In this document: positions 5,369 to 14,435 of the stretch, one piece after another | Layout: each line of letters starts with the position of its first letter | How positions within the stretch are numbered: the stretch's first letter is position 1 | Source: Coleofasciculus chthonoplastes F2-STO-03 | Lineage (GTDB): Bacteria > Cyanobacteriota > Cyanobacteriia > Cyanobacteriales > Coleofasciculaceae | Length of the DNA stretch: 16,130 nucleotides | Assembly (NCBI GenBank): GCA_040222015.1 | Contig: JAVJWO010000128.1 | Coordinates: 1 to 16,130 of the forward strand | Direction: 5' to 3' | The notes under the pieces: generated by a model | The model's database searches: none | Seen by the model: the letters and a program-made list of their open reading frames with translations, nothing else | What the model was told of the DNA's origin: nothing | Position numbers and translations under genes: made by a program

Positions 5369-7828
5369 CTATTCGGATTTACTCACTCGCTTTAACAGCA
5401 CCGCTTGAGAATCGGCTAACTCAAAGCAGCGTAAATCTGCCAAGTGATCACCCTCCAAACCCGGAGACGCGATCGCGACTTGCCATTCGCTCATCTCCAA
5501 TTGCAACCAGTCTCCCACGGTAACAGTCATCGGTTCTCCCCCCATGTGCGCTACCAGGGCGATTTGTTGATCATGATCATCAGGATTACTGCGAACCCCG
5601 TAATATACCGTCCGTTCCTCATCACTGATTTTATTGAATCGATCAATTCCAGCTAAATTGTGAACTAACCAGGGATGAGCATGGCGGAAACGACGCAAGC
5701 TAAGGTTATACTCTGTTCTTACCGGATCAAGCTTGTCCTCATAGTGAGAGACATTACACAGTTCGTAACAGTCTTCCATGAACATCAACGCGAATGACTT
5801 AAGCTTTTCAAGGGTCAACCCTTTCAAGAAACTCACCATTTCTGGCTGATTCAACTTTTTCAGCGGTTCAATATCACACTGATCCGTATTGTCTCCCAAA
5901 CAGAACTGGCAAGCTTGCACCACTTCGGCGAGATTGTAGTCCTTTTCAGTCATAGCAACTTGCAGCGCCCTGCCAAACTCCTGTAATTCCTCTAGCTGAC
6001 TAAATCCCAAGGACTTCAACCGACTGAAACTATCCGGTGCGTCATAGAGTTCCGGCGTCACTTGCCAATCCAAGAACCCAATTTCTTCAGAAACCACCTT
6101 GACACCATAGCGTTCATCGGTATTGCGGAAAAACATCCACGGGGCGTGCATTGTCGCATTGATAAACTCCATGGGCAATCCCGGACTGAACCCATACACC
6201 CACAGCGTCACCGCCGGGTTATCATAAGCATTGTTTAACACCTCTGGTAGCGTACTGCCTAAATTCCAATTAATCTGGGCATCGAGGGGGATTTGATTGC
6301 CTCGGCGCACGGTATCATGATTGCCACAACCCGTGATCCAATGATCCCCTTCAAAGATCACCTCACACACCCGTCGCCACTTGCGATCCCAAAACTTTTG
6401 TAAGGCTGGGGTATTATGGGCAAAAATCAAGGGTCCCCATTGGAACGATTCCGGTTTCAGGTGAATTAATTCCCGGTACGTCGAAATATCTTCCCATCCT
6501 TCAGCGGGCCAGGGACGACCATCTTCAAAAATGGTGAATAAGAGTCGTTGATGTCCCTCAATATCCTGAACCACATCACTCATCGCCAGTAGATAGGCGT
6601 CATCATATTCCACCAATCCAGATAGAGGATTAAAGAAGCGGAAATCTTGACCCCCATCAATCCGAACTCCATCAGCGCCCGTATTAATTTTACGCCGCTG
6701 CATTTCCAAAAACATCGCCCGTACCGTCGGTAACTGATGGTTCAAGTCTTGACCGTACATATTCGGTCCTTTGAGGAACTGGCGATGCAGCAGTAACTCA
6801 GATTGGTTATCCGCATGACCATACACCAGGTCATAGATAATTTGAATTGGACCGGTGGGAAAATTATGCAGGGTAGCGATAAAGTCTACCAATTCATCGG
6901 GACGCAAGCTACCCAAGAGCGCTGCATTTGTAGCACTCGATCCCAAAATGGGTACATCATAGCCCCAATCCTGAGTGTGGGGTTTTTTCAGCTTAATTTG
7001 CAGGTCATCTTCATCTTCAGCAATACAGACAAAAAATTCACTTTCTGGACTGTATTCGTCTCGGTACTCAATCGTAGGTTCTATGGGCAATAGCTGAATC
7101 GCGTCGTACCCCACATAGTTTTCCTCGGCTGGGGTTAAGGGGAGATTTCCGGCTAATTTACTGGCAATTTGGCGATAAATACGGGTTAATCCCTCAACCG
7201 TGCCCTCCTGAGAGGCAGTGCCAATATGAATCTGTAAAATGTTCCGGGGGGCTGGCACACGCGGAAGCGTTAGGGGATCAGAGGGGACGCTGGTGGCTTT
7301 GAAGTAATCCAGATCAGCTCGTTGTTTCTGTAAGCTTGCCATATCATACAGTTCAGCCGGTCCAAACACCCCATAAGGCATGGAATAGGGAATTGTATCC
7401 CGAATCGCTTGTAGGTTCCCTTGTTGATCGACAAAGCGCAGCCAGTAGAATGATCCCATTTGGTCTCGGTTCCCTGGGCACATCCCAGCGACGACACCCC
7501 AATAGTATTCCCCTTCTTGTTGTAAGAATAGGCGATCGCGGCGAAAGGTGACGGTTTGCTCAACCGCCCGACAATCAATCGGAGCAAGGGGGGTTAAGAC
7601 TTCCAGATAGATTTCCATCTTCCGCATCACCTGCGCCAATAACCGGGGTGTCCAGAAGCCAATTTCGGTTAACCCATCGGGACGGTAATGCGCCCCCAAG
7701 CGTTTGGCGATGGCTTGAGCTTTTTCAAAATAGGTGGCGTCTGAATGTTCAATGGTAGCTGCCCAATCTATGAGTTCTTGGGTGGCATCTTCAACCAATT
7801 GAATGGACGGTTTAGTATCAACTTTCAC
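5369..7828 (-). CDS. gghA: Glucosylglycerol hydrolase (Slr1670-like, alpha-amylase-fold glycoside hydrolase)
   Basis: 819 aa; alpha-amylase-like motifs WGYD, YDLVYGHAD, DGVRIDGGQD, FEDGRPWP and GNHDT; N-terminal RLGAHY...IGFWTP is characteristic of the GghA family as I recall it. Confidence 0.8.
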   Translation of the reverse strand: MKVDTKPSIQLVEDATQELIDWAATIEHSDATYFEKAQAIAKRLGAHYRPDGLTEIGFWTPRLLAQVMRKMEIYLEVLTPLAPIDCRAVEQTVTFRRDRLFLQQEGEYYWGVVAGMCPGNRDQMGSFYWLRFVDQQGNLQAIRDTIPYSMPYGVFGPAELYDMASLQKQRADLDYFKATSVPSDPLTLPRVPAPRNILQIHIGTASQEGTVEGLTRIYRQIASKLAGNLPLTPAEENYVGYDAIQLLPIEPTIEYRDEYSPESEFFVCIAEDEDDLQIKLKKPHTQDWGYDVPILGSSATNAALLGSLRPDELVDFIATLHNFPTGPIQIIYDLVYGHADNQSELLLHRQFLKGPNMYGQDLNHQLPTVRAMFLEMQRRKINTGADGVRIDGGQDFRFFNPLSGLVEYDDAYLLAMSDVVQDIEGHQRLLFTIFEDGRPWPAEGWEDISTYRELIHLKPESFQWGPLIFAHNTPALQKFWDRKWRRVCEVIFEGDHWITGCGNHDTVRRGNQIPLDAQINWNLGSTLPEVLNNAYDNPAVTLWVYGFSPGLPMEFINATMHAPWMFFRNTDERYGVKVVSEEIGFLDWQVTPELYDAPDSFSRLKSLGFSQLEELQEFGRALQVAMTEKDYNLAEVVQACQFCLGDNTDQCDIEPLKKLNQPEMVSFLKGLTLEKLKSFALMFMEDCYELCNVSHYEDKLDPVRTEYNLSLRRFRHAHPWLVHNLAGIDRFNKISDEERTVYYGVRSNPDDHDQQIALVAHMGGEPMTVTVGDWLQLEMSEWQVAIASPGLEGDHLADLRCFELADSQAVLLKRVSKSE

Positions 7829-7893
7829 AGTAACTTAATCTCGCAACCACTACCCAATGCTGTACGGGTGACTGAATCCTGACTTTCGGGATC

Positions 7894-7921
7894 GATATAC
7901 CTGTACGGCAATTCCTGTCAA
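7894..7921 (-). promoter_or_regulatory. Possible gghA promoter
   Basis: Minus strand TTGACA-N16-TATATC, ending 65 nt upstream of the start; perfect -35 but imperfect -10 and short spacer. Confidence 0.3.
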
Positions 7922-8007
7922 GTTTAACAGCCCCATAGCTTCTTTCAAGAGTAAAACAATTTTCCGGTTGATCCCAACACTCTCAAGGATGAAATCGACT
8001 CCACCCA

Positions 8008-8751
8008 TTAAGGTATGATTTTGATACAGCCGCGACAAATTAATTGTCCTGGAGTTAGAGTCAATTCTTTTAGATCAACCTCTGAGCCTAAATCAATCGT
8101 GAAATGTTCTAACGTTATCGGAGGCTGTTGAGCGTTAATTTGAATCTGGAGGGGGTGGAGTCGCAGTTGTTGAGGTGTTGCCAGTTGAATGCCCGCATCA
8201 ATCACAATGGAGGTTTCTCTCGTCGGATGGTGCATCAGTGTCCCCTTGAGAGTTAGTCGCTCCCCATCAATACGAATCTGCTGCCAGTTCATTTCAGACT
8301 CACCCAGGGGTGGATACTGATCCGGTCGATTATAAGATTTAATAAATGTATTCAGTAAATCCGTTAAAGCATTTGATAATAAAGGAGCGCCCAGAGACGC
8401 TTGCAGGTCATTCTCTTGCAGTACGAGTTGAGCCGCGACTGGTACAGGTTCTAGGAGGCGTAGGGGTTTGCCTTTAAACACTTGAGTGAGATTGAAGCGA
8501 ATATTTCTACCATCTAGCTGGATTTGCGACAAGTGTAGTCCTTGATAGATAGCACGACGAGCCGCAATAGACACAGTAGGAATGTGTCCTCGAAGAATTT
8601 GCCGATCGCGACCCATCAGTTTAAACTGTAGTGTTTCCACGGCATCCACTTGTGATCGCAGCCATAATTGCACGGCGGGGGATACCACTGTGCTAATCAT
8701 CCGGCTGCCTTTGTCTGTCCCAGCTTTTGATTGATTAACGCCCATTGCCAC
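8008..8751 (-). CDS. DUF2993 (LmeA-like) family protein
   Basis: SPAVQLWLRSQV...GRDRQILRGHIP...AIYQGLHLSQI...PLRLLEP pattern typical of cyanobacterial DUF2993 proteins; start could be GTG 8751 or ATG 8745. Confidence 0.75.
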   Translation of the reverse strand: MAMGVNQSKAGTDKGSRMISTVVSPAVQLWLRSQVDAVETLQFKLMGRDRQILRGHIPTVSIAARRAIYQGLHLSQIQLDGRNIRFNLTQVFKGKPLRLLEPVPVAAQLVLQENDLQASLGAPLLSNALTDLLNTFIKSYNRPDQYPPLGESEMNWQQIRIDGERLTLKGTLMHHPTRETSIVIDAGIQLATPQQLRLHPLQIQINAQQPPITLEHFTIDLGSEVDLKELTLTPGQLICRGCIKIIP

Positions 8752-8893
8752 AATTCCGGATCAATCCTGTATTCTGACACAACTGGCATAGTCTCCGAGC
8801 AAGGCAAGGAGTCGATCAAAAAACCAAACGCTTGCAATTCTCCGCATTCTTGTAATATTTGTACATGAACTAGCTTATACAGGTAGTCAAGCC

Positions 8894-9661
8894 ATGGAGG
8901 AAAGAGTACAAAAAATTCTCTCACAGTGGGGCATCGCCTCACGGCGTCAAGCTGAGAAAATGATCGTAGCAGGACTGGTTCGGCTAAATGGCACTGTAGT
9001 GCAGCTAGGGCAAAAAGCGAATCCGGCAACGGATTTGATTGAAGTTAATGGTCAACGGATCAAACCCAGTAATCGTCCTCAGGCAATTTATCTGTTGCTC
9101 AATAAACCCGTGGGTGTAGTCTCTACTTGTCGGAATTATCGGGTGTGTAATACCATTCTTGAGAAGCGTCGTACAGTTCTTGATTTACTGCCAAGCACGA
9201 TTAGACAAGGTCAGGGCATCCATCCAGTAGGACGGTTGGACATGGAATCTACAGGAGCGTTAATTCTGACAAATGACGGAACACTAACCTATAAACTGAC
9301 CCATCCTCGCCATCACGTTCCCAAGACGTATCGGGTTTGGGTCAAGGGTCATCCTTGTGAATCAATTCTCTCGGCTTGGCGTCAGGGTGTGGACTTGTCG
9401 GGTAGAACCACTTTACCTGCTCAAGTTCGAGTACTCAAACAGCAACCCGAGCAAACACTCTTAGAAATTGTCTTGACCGAAGGGAGAAACCGTCAAATTC
9501 GTCGAGTTGCTGACCTGCTAGGCTATCCAGTAATCCATCTGCACCGCACGGCAATTGGTCCGATTCAATTACAACGACCCGGTGAACCGATACTGCTCAG
9601 TGGTCACTACCGTTATCTTGAAGAATTTGAAATCCGCTTCCTCCACAACCGAATTCACTAA
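8894..9661 (+). CDS. rRNA pseudouridine synthase, RsuA/RluB family, with N-terminal S4 domain
   Basis: ERVQKILSQWGIASRRQAE (S4), LLNKPVG, catalytic HPVGRLD..STGALILTNDG, EGRNRQIRR. Confidence 0.95.
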   Translation: MEERVQKILSQWGIASRRQAEKMIVAGLVRLNGTVVQLGQKANPATDLIEVNGQRIKPSNRPQAIYLLLNKPVGVVSTCRNYRVCNTILEKRRTVLDLLPSTIRQGQGIHPVGRLDMESTGALILTNDGTLTYKLTHPRHHVPKTYRVWVKGHPCESILSAWRQGVDLSGRTTLPAQVRVLKQQPEQTLLEIVLTEGRNRQIRRVADLLGYPVIHLHRTAIGPIQLQRPGEPILLSGHYRYLEEFEIRFLHNRIH

Positions 9662-9703
9662 CCCTTACGAAAACGTGCCAGCAGATATCAAGGAGTACCG
9701 TGT

Positions 9704-10495
9704 ATGAAGGAGAATACGAGTCATTTGCAGCAGGAACAAGTTGAGAAGCTCGAAGTCATAGGCGCCCGCCTACGTCAGTTTCGCCTCGAACAGTCGATTT
9801 CCTTAGAAGAAGTTGCGGCTCAAACCCGAATTCAGACACGGCTTTTACAGGCGATTGAAGACGGAAAGATCGACCAGTTGCCGGAACCTGTCTACATTCG
9901 CGGCTTTATCCGGCGATTTGCAGAAGCCCTGGGACTCAACGGTACAGAACTTGCCGATGCTTTTCCGGTGGGAGCGAGTCTCCAGTTTATCAGACCCCGT
10001 TGGCGGTATTTACCCTCGGCTCAATTGCGACCGCTTCATCTCTACCTGCTCTATATTCTGTTGGTGATTGGTTCGGTCAGTGGTTTATCTCACATTCTCA
10101 ATCGCTCGGCAGTGCAAGTGATTGAAGTTGAGAATGCCCCCTCTGCCCAGCAGTTTCCGACACCGAAAAAGCCCGAAACCAGACCACCGAAACAGTCCCT
10201 TGATATTAACCAATCGGCGGAAATTAGTCATGCCAGCCAAGATGGTAAACCGGTGCAGGTGGGTGTTACCCTGAAGGCTCAGTCCTGGATTCGAGTCGTT
10301 GTGGATGGTAAAACCGAATTTGAAGGCGTTTTGCCAGAAGGTACCCAGCAGACTTGGGTGGCGGATCAACAACTGATTGTCCGGGCGGGTAATGCCGGAG
10401 GCGTCCTGGTCGAGTTTAATGACCAAAGTGCTAAACAAATGGGCGCCCCCGGTGCGGTTGAGGAAATGACCTTTGCAGCTAATCCTCGGTCGTAA
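9704..10495 (+). CDS. rodZ: RodZ-like protein (XRE-type HTH, single TM helix, DUF4115 C-terminal domain)
   Basis: IGARLRQFR...SLEEVAAQTRI...LPEPVYIRGFIRRFAEALGL; TM LYLLYILLVIGSVSGL; C-terminal SWIRVVVDGK...RAGNAGGV; AAGGAG SD upstream. Confidence 0.88.
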   Translation: MKENTSHLQQEQVEKLEVIGARLRQFRLEQSISLEEVAAQTRIQTRLLQAIEDGKIDQLPEPVYIRGFIRRFAEALGLNGTELADAFPVGASLQFIRPRWRYLPSAQLRPLHLYLLYILLVIGSVSGLSHILNRSAVQVIEVENAPSAQQFPTPKKPETRPPKQSLDINQSAEISHASQDGKPVQVGVTLKAQSWIRVVVDGKTEFEGVLPEGTQQTWVADQQLIVRAGNAGGVLVEFNDQSAKQMGAPGAVEEMTFAANPRS

Positions 10496-10572
10496 AACTG
10501 ACACAAATCTACCAATACCGGGTGAAATCTATTGAATGTGACACTTTTATCATACAACCATAAGTTTTTGTC

Positions 10573-10607
10573 TTCCGGAAAAATAAATCTGAGGTATTTT
10601 TCCGGAA
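10573..10607. terminator. Perfect 13-bp inverted repeat between convergent rodZ and malQ (candidate bidirectional terminator or operator)
   Basis: TTCCGGAAAAATA-N9-TATTTTTCCGGAA. Confidence 0.45.
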
Positions 10608-10650
10608 ATATCTCGAAATTACCTATGAATCAGGCTCTAATCATCAACCC

Positions 10651-12159
10651 TCAACCATCATGGGGTGTCCGACCATAAGTATAAATCAGGGTTTTGATGC
10701 GATCGCGCAGTTGGTCAGTTAAGATCTGTGCTCGATAACGCCATTTCCAGTTTCCCTCAGATGTACTCGGACGGTTCATCTGAGCCTCTGTACCCAAATC
10801 CAAGAAATCTTGCAAGGGAATCATGGCAAGATTGGCGACACTGCTGTAGGCTAACCGGATTAAATCCCAATTGATGCCTTCATCACTTAACGCTCCTAAG
10901 TAACGAATCGCATTTTCTCGTTCATAGTCGGGGATCTGGTTAAACCAGCCGATTGTCGTGTTATTATCGTGAGTCCCGGTATAAATCAGACAGTTGCGCT
11001 CTAGGTTAAAAGGTAAGTAAGGATTATCCGAACCGCCACCAAAGGCAAAATGTAAAATTTTCATCCCCGGAAATCCAAATTGATCCCGCAATGCCTCAAC
11101 TTCAGGCGTAATCACCCCTAAATCCTCAGCAATAATCGGTAACCCTTCTAATTCCCGCTTCAGGACTTTGAAAAATTTAGCTCCTGGTCCTTTGACCCAG
11201 CGCCCATTCATGGCAGTTTCTTCACCTTGCTCAACCTCCCAATACGCCTCAAATCCGCGAAAATGATCGATTCGCAGTACATCGACGTACTCAAACATCA
11301 TCTTCAGGCGCATGATCCACCAGTGATAGTTATTCTTTTCCATGCGTTCCCAGTCGTAAATGGGGTTCCCCCACAATTGACCGGTTTCACTGAAATAGTC
11401 TGGGGGAACACCCGCCATCAGCGAAGGTTCGCCTGTTTTCTCATCAACGGCAAACAGTTCTCGGTTTGACCAGACATCCGCGCTATTATGAGCAACATAA
11501 ATCGGGATATCGCCAATAATTTGGATATTGCGGTCATTGGCATACTGCTTCAACCATGACCACTGACGGAAAAACTCAAACTGGAAGTACTTTTGCTCAT
11601 AAATGCGATCGCGTAACCGTTCTCGCCACTCCTTCACCGCTTGCGGTTCGGCTTTAGCAATGTTTGGCTCCCATAAATGCCAACTCACATCATCAAAGGT
11701 GTTGTGGAGTGCCATAAATAAGGCATAATCCTCGAGCCAGTAGGCGTGACGCTGACAAAATTGATCGAATTCCTCCTGTTGTTCCGGGGAAGCTTCCCGC
11801 TTAAAGCGATCGCAGGCTTTGAGCAGGAGCGATTTTTTCAGGGGAACGGCTCGCTCAAAGTCAATATAATCTGGGGGAAACTCCGGTAGATGAGCTAAGT
11901 CTTCATCTGTGAGTAGCCCCTTCATTTTCAGTTGTTCTGGGCTAATCAACATTGGGTTTCCCGCCATGGCGGAGTAAGACATATACGGCGAGTTACCAAA
12001 CCCCGTGGGTCCGACGGGCAAGATCTGCCAGAATTGTTGATCACTCTCTACCAAAAAATCAATAAATTGATAAGCCGGTGAGCCTAAGTCTCCGAATCCA
12101 TAAGGACTGGGGAAACAGGTAGGATGCAGCAAAACACCACTCGATCTAGGAATCTGCAT
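10651..12159 (-). CDS. malQ: 4-alpha-glucanotransferase (amylomaltase, GH77)
   Basis: RSSGVLLHP, WQILP, GDIPIYV, GVPPDYFSETGQLWGNP, RIDHFRGF, IAEDLG, YTGTHDN. The likely start is ATG 12159 (MQIPRSSG) rather than 12207. Confidence 0.96.
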   Translation of the reverse strand: MQIPRSSGVLLHPTCFPSPYGFGDLGSPAYQFIDFLVESDQQFWQILPVGPTGFGNSPYMSYSAMAGNPMLISPEQLKMKGLLTDEDLAHLPEFPPDYIDFERAVPLKKSLLLKACDRFKREASPEQQEEFDQFCQRHAYWLEDYALFMALHNTFDDVSWHLWEPNIAKAEPQAVKEWRERLRDRIYEQKYFQFEFFRQWSWLKQYANDRNIQIIGDIPIYVAHNSADVWSNRELFAVDEKTGEPSLMAGVPPDYFSETGQLWGNPIYDWERMEKNNYHWWIMRLKMMFEYVDVLRIDHFRGFEAYWEVEQGEETAMNGRWVKGPGAKFFKVLKRELEGLPIIAEDLGVITPEVEALRDQFGFPGMKILHFAFGGGSDNPYLPFNLERNCLIYTGTHDNNTTIGWFNQIPDYERENAIRYLGALSDEGINWDLIRLAYSSVANLAMIPLQDFLDLGTEAQMNRPSTSEGNWKWRYRAQILTDQLRDRIKTLIYTYGRTPHDG

Positions 12160-12318
12160 AGAGGATAGACCATAGTACAGCAAAGCAAGTCCTATCGACA
12201 TTAGCACGCTAGGGAGACGTTAAAAAAGAGCCATCGTGGTAGATTTAACTCTGGCGATAGAGGTATTCTGAAAACAATGAACCCAACGCGATCGCTACCT
12301 GTTACCTGAACTTGGCTT

Positions 12319-12744
12319 GTGACTTACCGAAATCCCGTTCCCACCGTCGATATCATTGTCGAACTCATGGATCGACCCTCGCGACCGATTATTCTGATCG
12401 AACGCAAAAATCCTCCCCTAGGCTGGGCAATTCCTGGTGGCTTTGTCGATTACGGAGAGTCGGTGGAAACAGCAGCGGTTCGCGAAGCGAAAGAAGAGAT
12501 TGGCTTACAGGTGGAGTTAATTGAGCAGTTTCACGTCTATTCGGCTCCTGATCGCGATCCGCGTAAGCATACCCTGAGTATTGTGTTTGTAGCCACCGCG
12601 ACAGGCGAACCCCAAGCGGCTGATGATGCTAAGAATTTGCAGATTTTTAATCTGTGGGATATTCCCGCGAATCTATGTTTCGATCATGACCAGATTTTGC
12701 GGGATTATAGATATTACCGCCATTATGGGGTGCGTCCTCGTTAG
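12319..12744 (+). CDS. NUDIX hydrolase
   Basis: Nudix box [42 protein letters not shown] and FDH motifs. Confidence 0.95.
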   Translation: MTYRNPVPTVDIIVELMDRPSRPIILIERKNPPLGWAIPGGFVDYGESVETAAVREAKEEIGLQVELIEQFHVYSAPDRDPRKHTLSIVFVATATGEPQAADDAKNLQIFNLWDIPANLCFDHDQILRDYRYYRHYGVRPR

Positions 12745-12747
12745 GAA

Positions 12748-12795
12748 GGGAGATGGGGGAGATCGGGGAGATGGGGGAGATGGGGGAGATCGGGA
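12748..12795 (+). repeat. 9-bp G-rich tandem repeat GGGGAGAT(G/C), about 5 copies
   Basis: Directly visible, beginning 3 nt after the NUDIX stop. Confidence 0.95.
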
Positions 12796-12842
12796 AGTTG
12801 TGAGTTAACTCAAAACTCTACCTTACCCTGTTGCCTGTTCTC

Positions 12843-12936
12843 TGACGAATGACAAATGACAAATGACGAATGACGAATGACGAATGACAAATGACGAATG
12901 ACGAATGACAAATGACAAATGACAAATGACAAATGA
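12843..12936 (+). repeat. STRR2-like heptamer tandem repeat TGAC(A/G)AA, 13 copies
   Basis: 13 contiguous units from 12843 to 12933 plus TGA; reverse complement TT(T/C)GTCA resembles cyanobacterial STRR2. Confidence 0.95.
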
Positions 12937-14249
12937 ATGCGATCGCACAAACTTTAACCCCGATTGTGAGTGACTCTAACCTCTACCAGGGGGATAATTT
13001 ACCCCCGCTATGGCAAGAGCGACTCAAGAGAGCCTATGGCGTAGACACGATTACCAGTACGCTTGTTTGTCCCACCACAATTCAACAGCTTTGTCAAGTA
13101 ATGGAGTCTGCCAATACCCATAACTGGCAAGTTCTCCCCTGCGGGAATGGGAGTAAATTAGCCTGGGCGGGTGTCGGTAAACCCGTTGACGTAGTGATTA
13201 GTACCCAAAACCTGAATCAGGTGATTGATCATCCGGTGGGTGACTTGACAGTAACGGCGCAAGCGGGTGTGAAATTGGCAGATTTACAGCCAATACTGCT
13301 GAAAACCAATCAATTTCTGCCCCTTGAACCCGCCTACCCGGAATCCGCTACTCTGGGTGGAATTATTTCAACAGCGGATAGTGGCTCATGGCGACAACGC
13401 TATGGTGGGGTTCGGGATATGCTATTGGGAGTTTCCTTTGTCCGCAGTGATGGACAACTCGCCAAAGCCGGGGGACGAGTGGTGAAAAATGTGGCGGGTT
13501 ATGACTTGATGAAACTGTTGACGGGGGCGTATGGAACCCTGGGAATTTTAACCGAGGTGACGTTTCGCTTGTATCCGGTACAGGAAGCATCGGGGACAGT
13601 GGTACTCACCGGAGACGCTGACGCAATCGCCTCAACAACTCAAACCTTACTCGCGTCTGCTCTAACCCCTACAGCCGCCGAATTACTCTCCTCTGGATTG
13701 GTAAAACAATTGGATATCGGTCAAAGGATGGGCTTAATGGTACGCTTCCAAAGTGTCACCAAAAGTGTACAGGAGCAGTCATCCCGGTTGCTAGAGGTGG
13801 GGCAACAGTTGGGACTCCAAGGCACACTTTATCAGGATAGCGATGAAGTGACTCTATGGCAATCATTACCAGAACAAATCTGGGGAATGCCCCAATCCAC
13901 CTCAATTACTTGCAAAATAGGGATAGTACCAACGGCGGCAGTTATGACGTTAACTGTACTGGATACTCTCACCTCTGGAACGGGATTAGGGTTAATTCAT
14001 GCAGGAAGTGGCTTAGGAAAAGTGCGACTTAATCCGGAAACGGTGACACCGGAGACAATTTTAAAGATGCGAGAACATTGCCAATCTCACAGCGGCTTTT
14101 TGACGGTACTAGAGGCTCCAATTAGTGTGAAGCAACAGCTTGATGTCTGGGGATACAGTGGCAACGCTTTAGATATTATGCGTCAAATTAAACAGAAGTT
14201 TGATCCGAAAACCCTTTTAAGTCCTAATCGATTTGTCGGAGATATTTGA
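12933..14249 (+). CDS. glcE: FAD-binding oxidoreductase, glycolate oxidase/dehydrogenase subunit GlcE
   Basis: PCGNGSKL, DLTVTAQAGV, ATLGG, RYGGVRD, GGRVVKNVAGYDLMKL, C-terminal KFDP...LSP; adjacent to glcF. Confidence 0.85.
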   Translation: MNAIAQTLTPIVSDSNLYQGDNLPPLWQERLKRAYGVDTITSTLVCPTTIQQLCQVMESANTHNWQVLPCGNGSKLAWAGVGKPVDVVISTQNLNQVIDHPVGDLTVTAQAGVKLADLQPILLKTNQFLPLEPAYPESATLGGIISTADSGSWRQRYGGVRDMLLGVSFVRSDGQLAKAGGRVVKNVAGYDLMKLLTGAYGTLGILTEVTFRLYPVQEASGTVVLTGDADAIASTTQTLLASALTPTAAELLSSGLVKQLDIGQRMGLMVRFQSVTKSVQEQSSRLLEVGQQLGLQGTLYQDSDEVTLWQSLPEQIWGMPQSTSITCKIGIVPTAAVMTLTVLDTLTSGTGLGLIHAGSGLGKVRLNPETVTPETILKMREHCQSHSGFLTVLEAPISVKQQLDVWGYSGNALDIMRQIKQKFDPKTLLSPNRFVGDI

Positions 14250-14313
14250 AGACAGAAGCCACAAGAGTATATCTGACCTTTGCAACCTTATAGTAAACCT
14301 GTTTTGTCCGAAT

Positions 14314-14373
14314 GTAGGGGCGGGTTTCACTATTATCTTTTATTTTGCTCCCGGATGTGATTAAACCCGCCCC
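14314..14373 (+). repeat. GTAG-type long-loop palindrome between glcE and glcF
   Basis: GTA-GGGGCGGGTTT (arm 14317-14327), 35-nt loop, AAACCCGCCCC (14363-14373); same arms as the 2619-3161 elements. Confidence 0.85.
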
Positions 14374-14435
14374 GACTAAACCCCTAAAGTCTCACAATTT
14401 ATTTATTTCTGCACATCTACCTCAAATAAAGCAAT

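Larger units (their letters stand above)
355..12946. other. Dispersed HIP1 octamers (GCGATCGC)
   Basis: Seen at 355, 1935, 2033, 2494, 2752, 2932, 3111, 3464, 5469, 7532, 10699, 11605, 11806, 12288 and 12939 (manual count, may be incomplete). Confidence 0.9.

Noticed and set aside
3981..7587. Short ORFs within bicA and gghA (e.g. 4236-4712, 6803-7093, 7270-7587)
   Set aside because: Fully nested in well-identified genes; typical shadow ORFs.
7850..8038. 62-aa minus-strand ORF upstream of gghA
   Set aside because: Overlaps the DUF2993 3' end and the likely gghA promoter, with no motif. A GgpR-like small regulator cannot be excluded but has no support here.
8851..8882. NtcA or LexA site in the DUF2993/pseudouridine synthase divergent region
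   Set aside because: GTA-N7-TAC rather than N8, and the GTAC/GAAC spacing does not fit the cyanobacterial LexA box.
12160..12207. 16-aa hydrophobic N-terminal extension on MalQ
   Set aside because: GH77 enzymes are cytoplasmic and begin a few residues before RSSGVLLH; ATG 12159 fits better.
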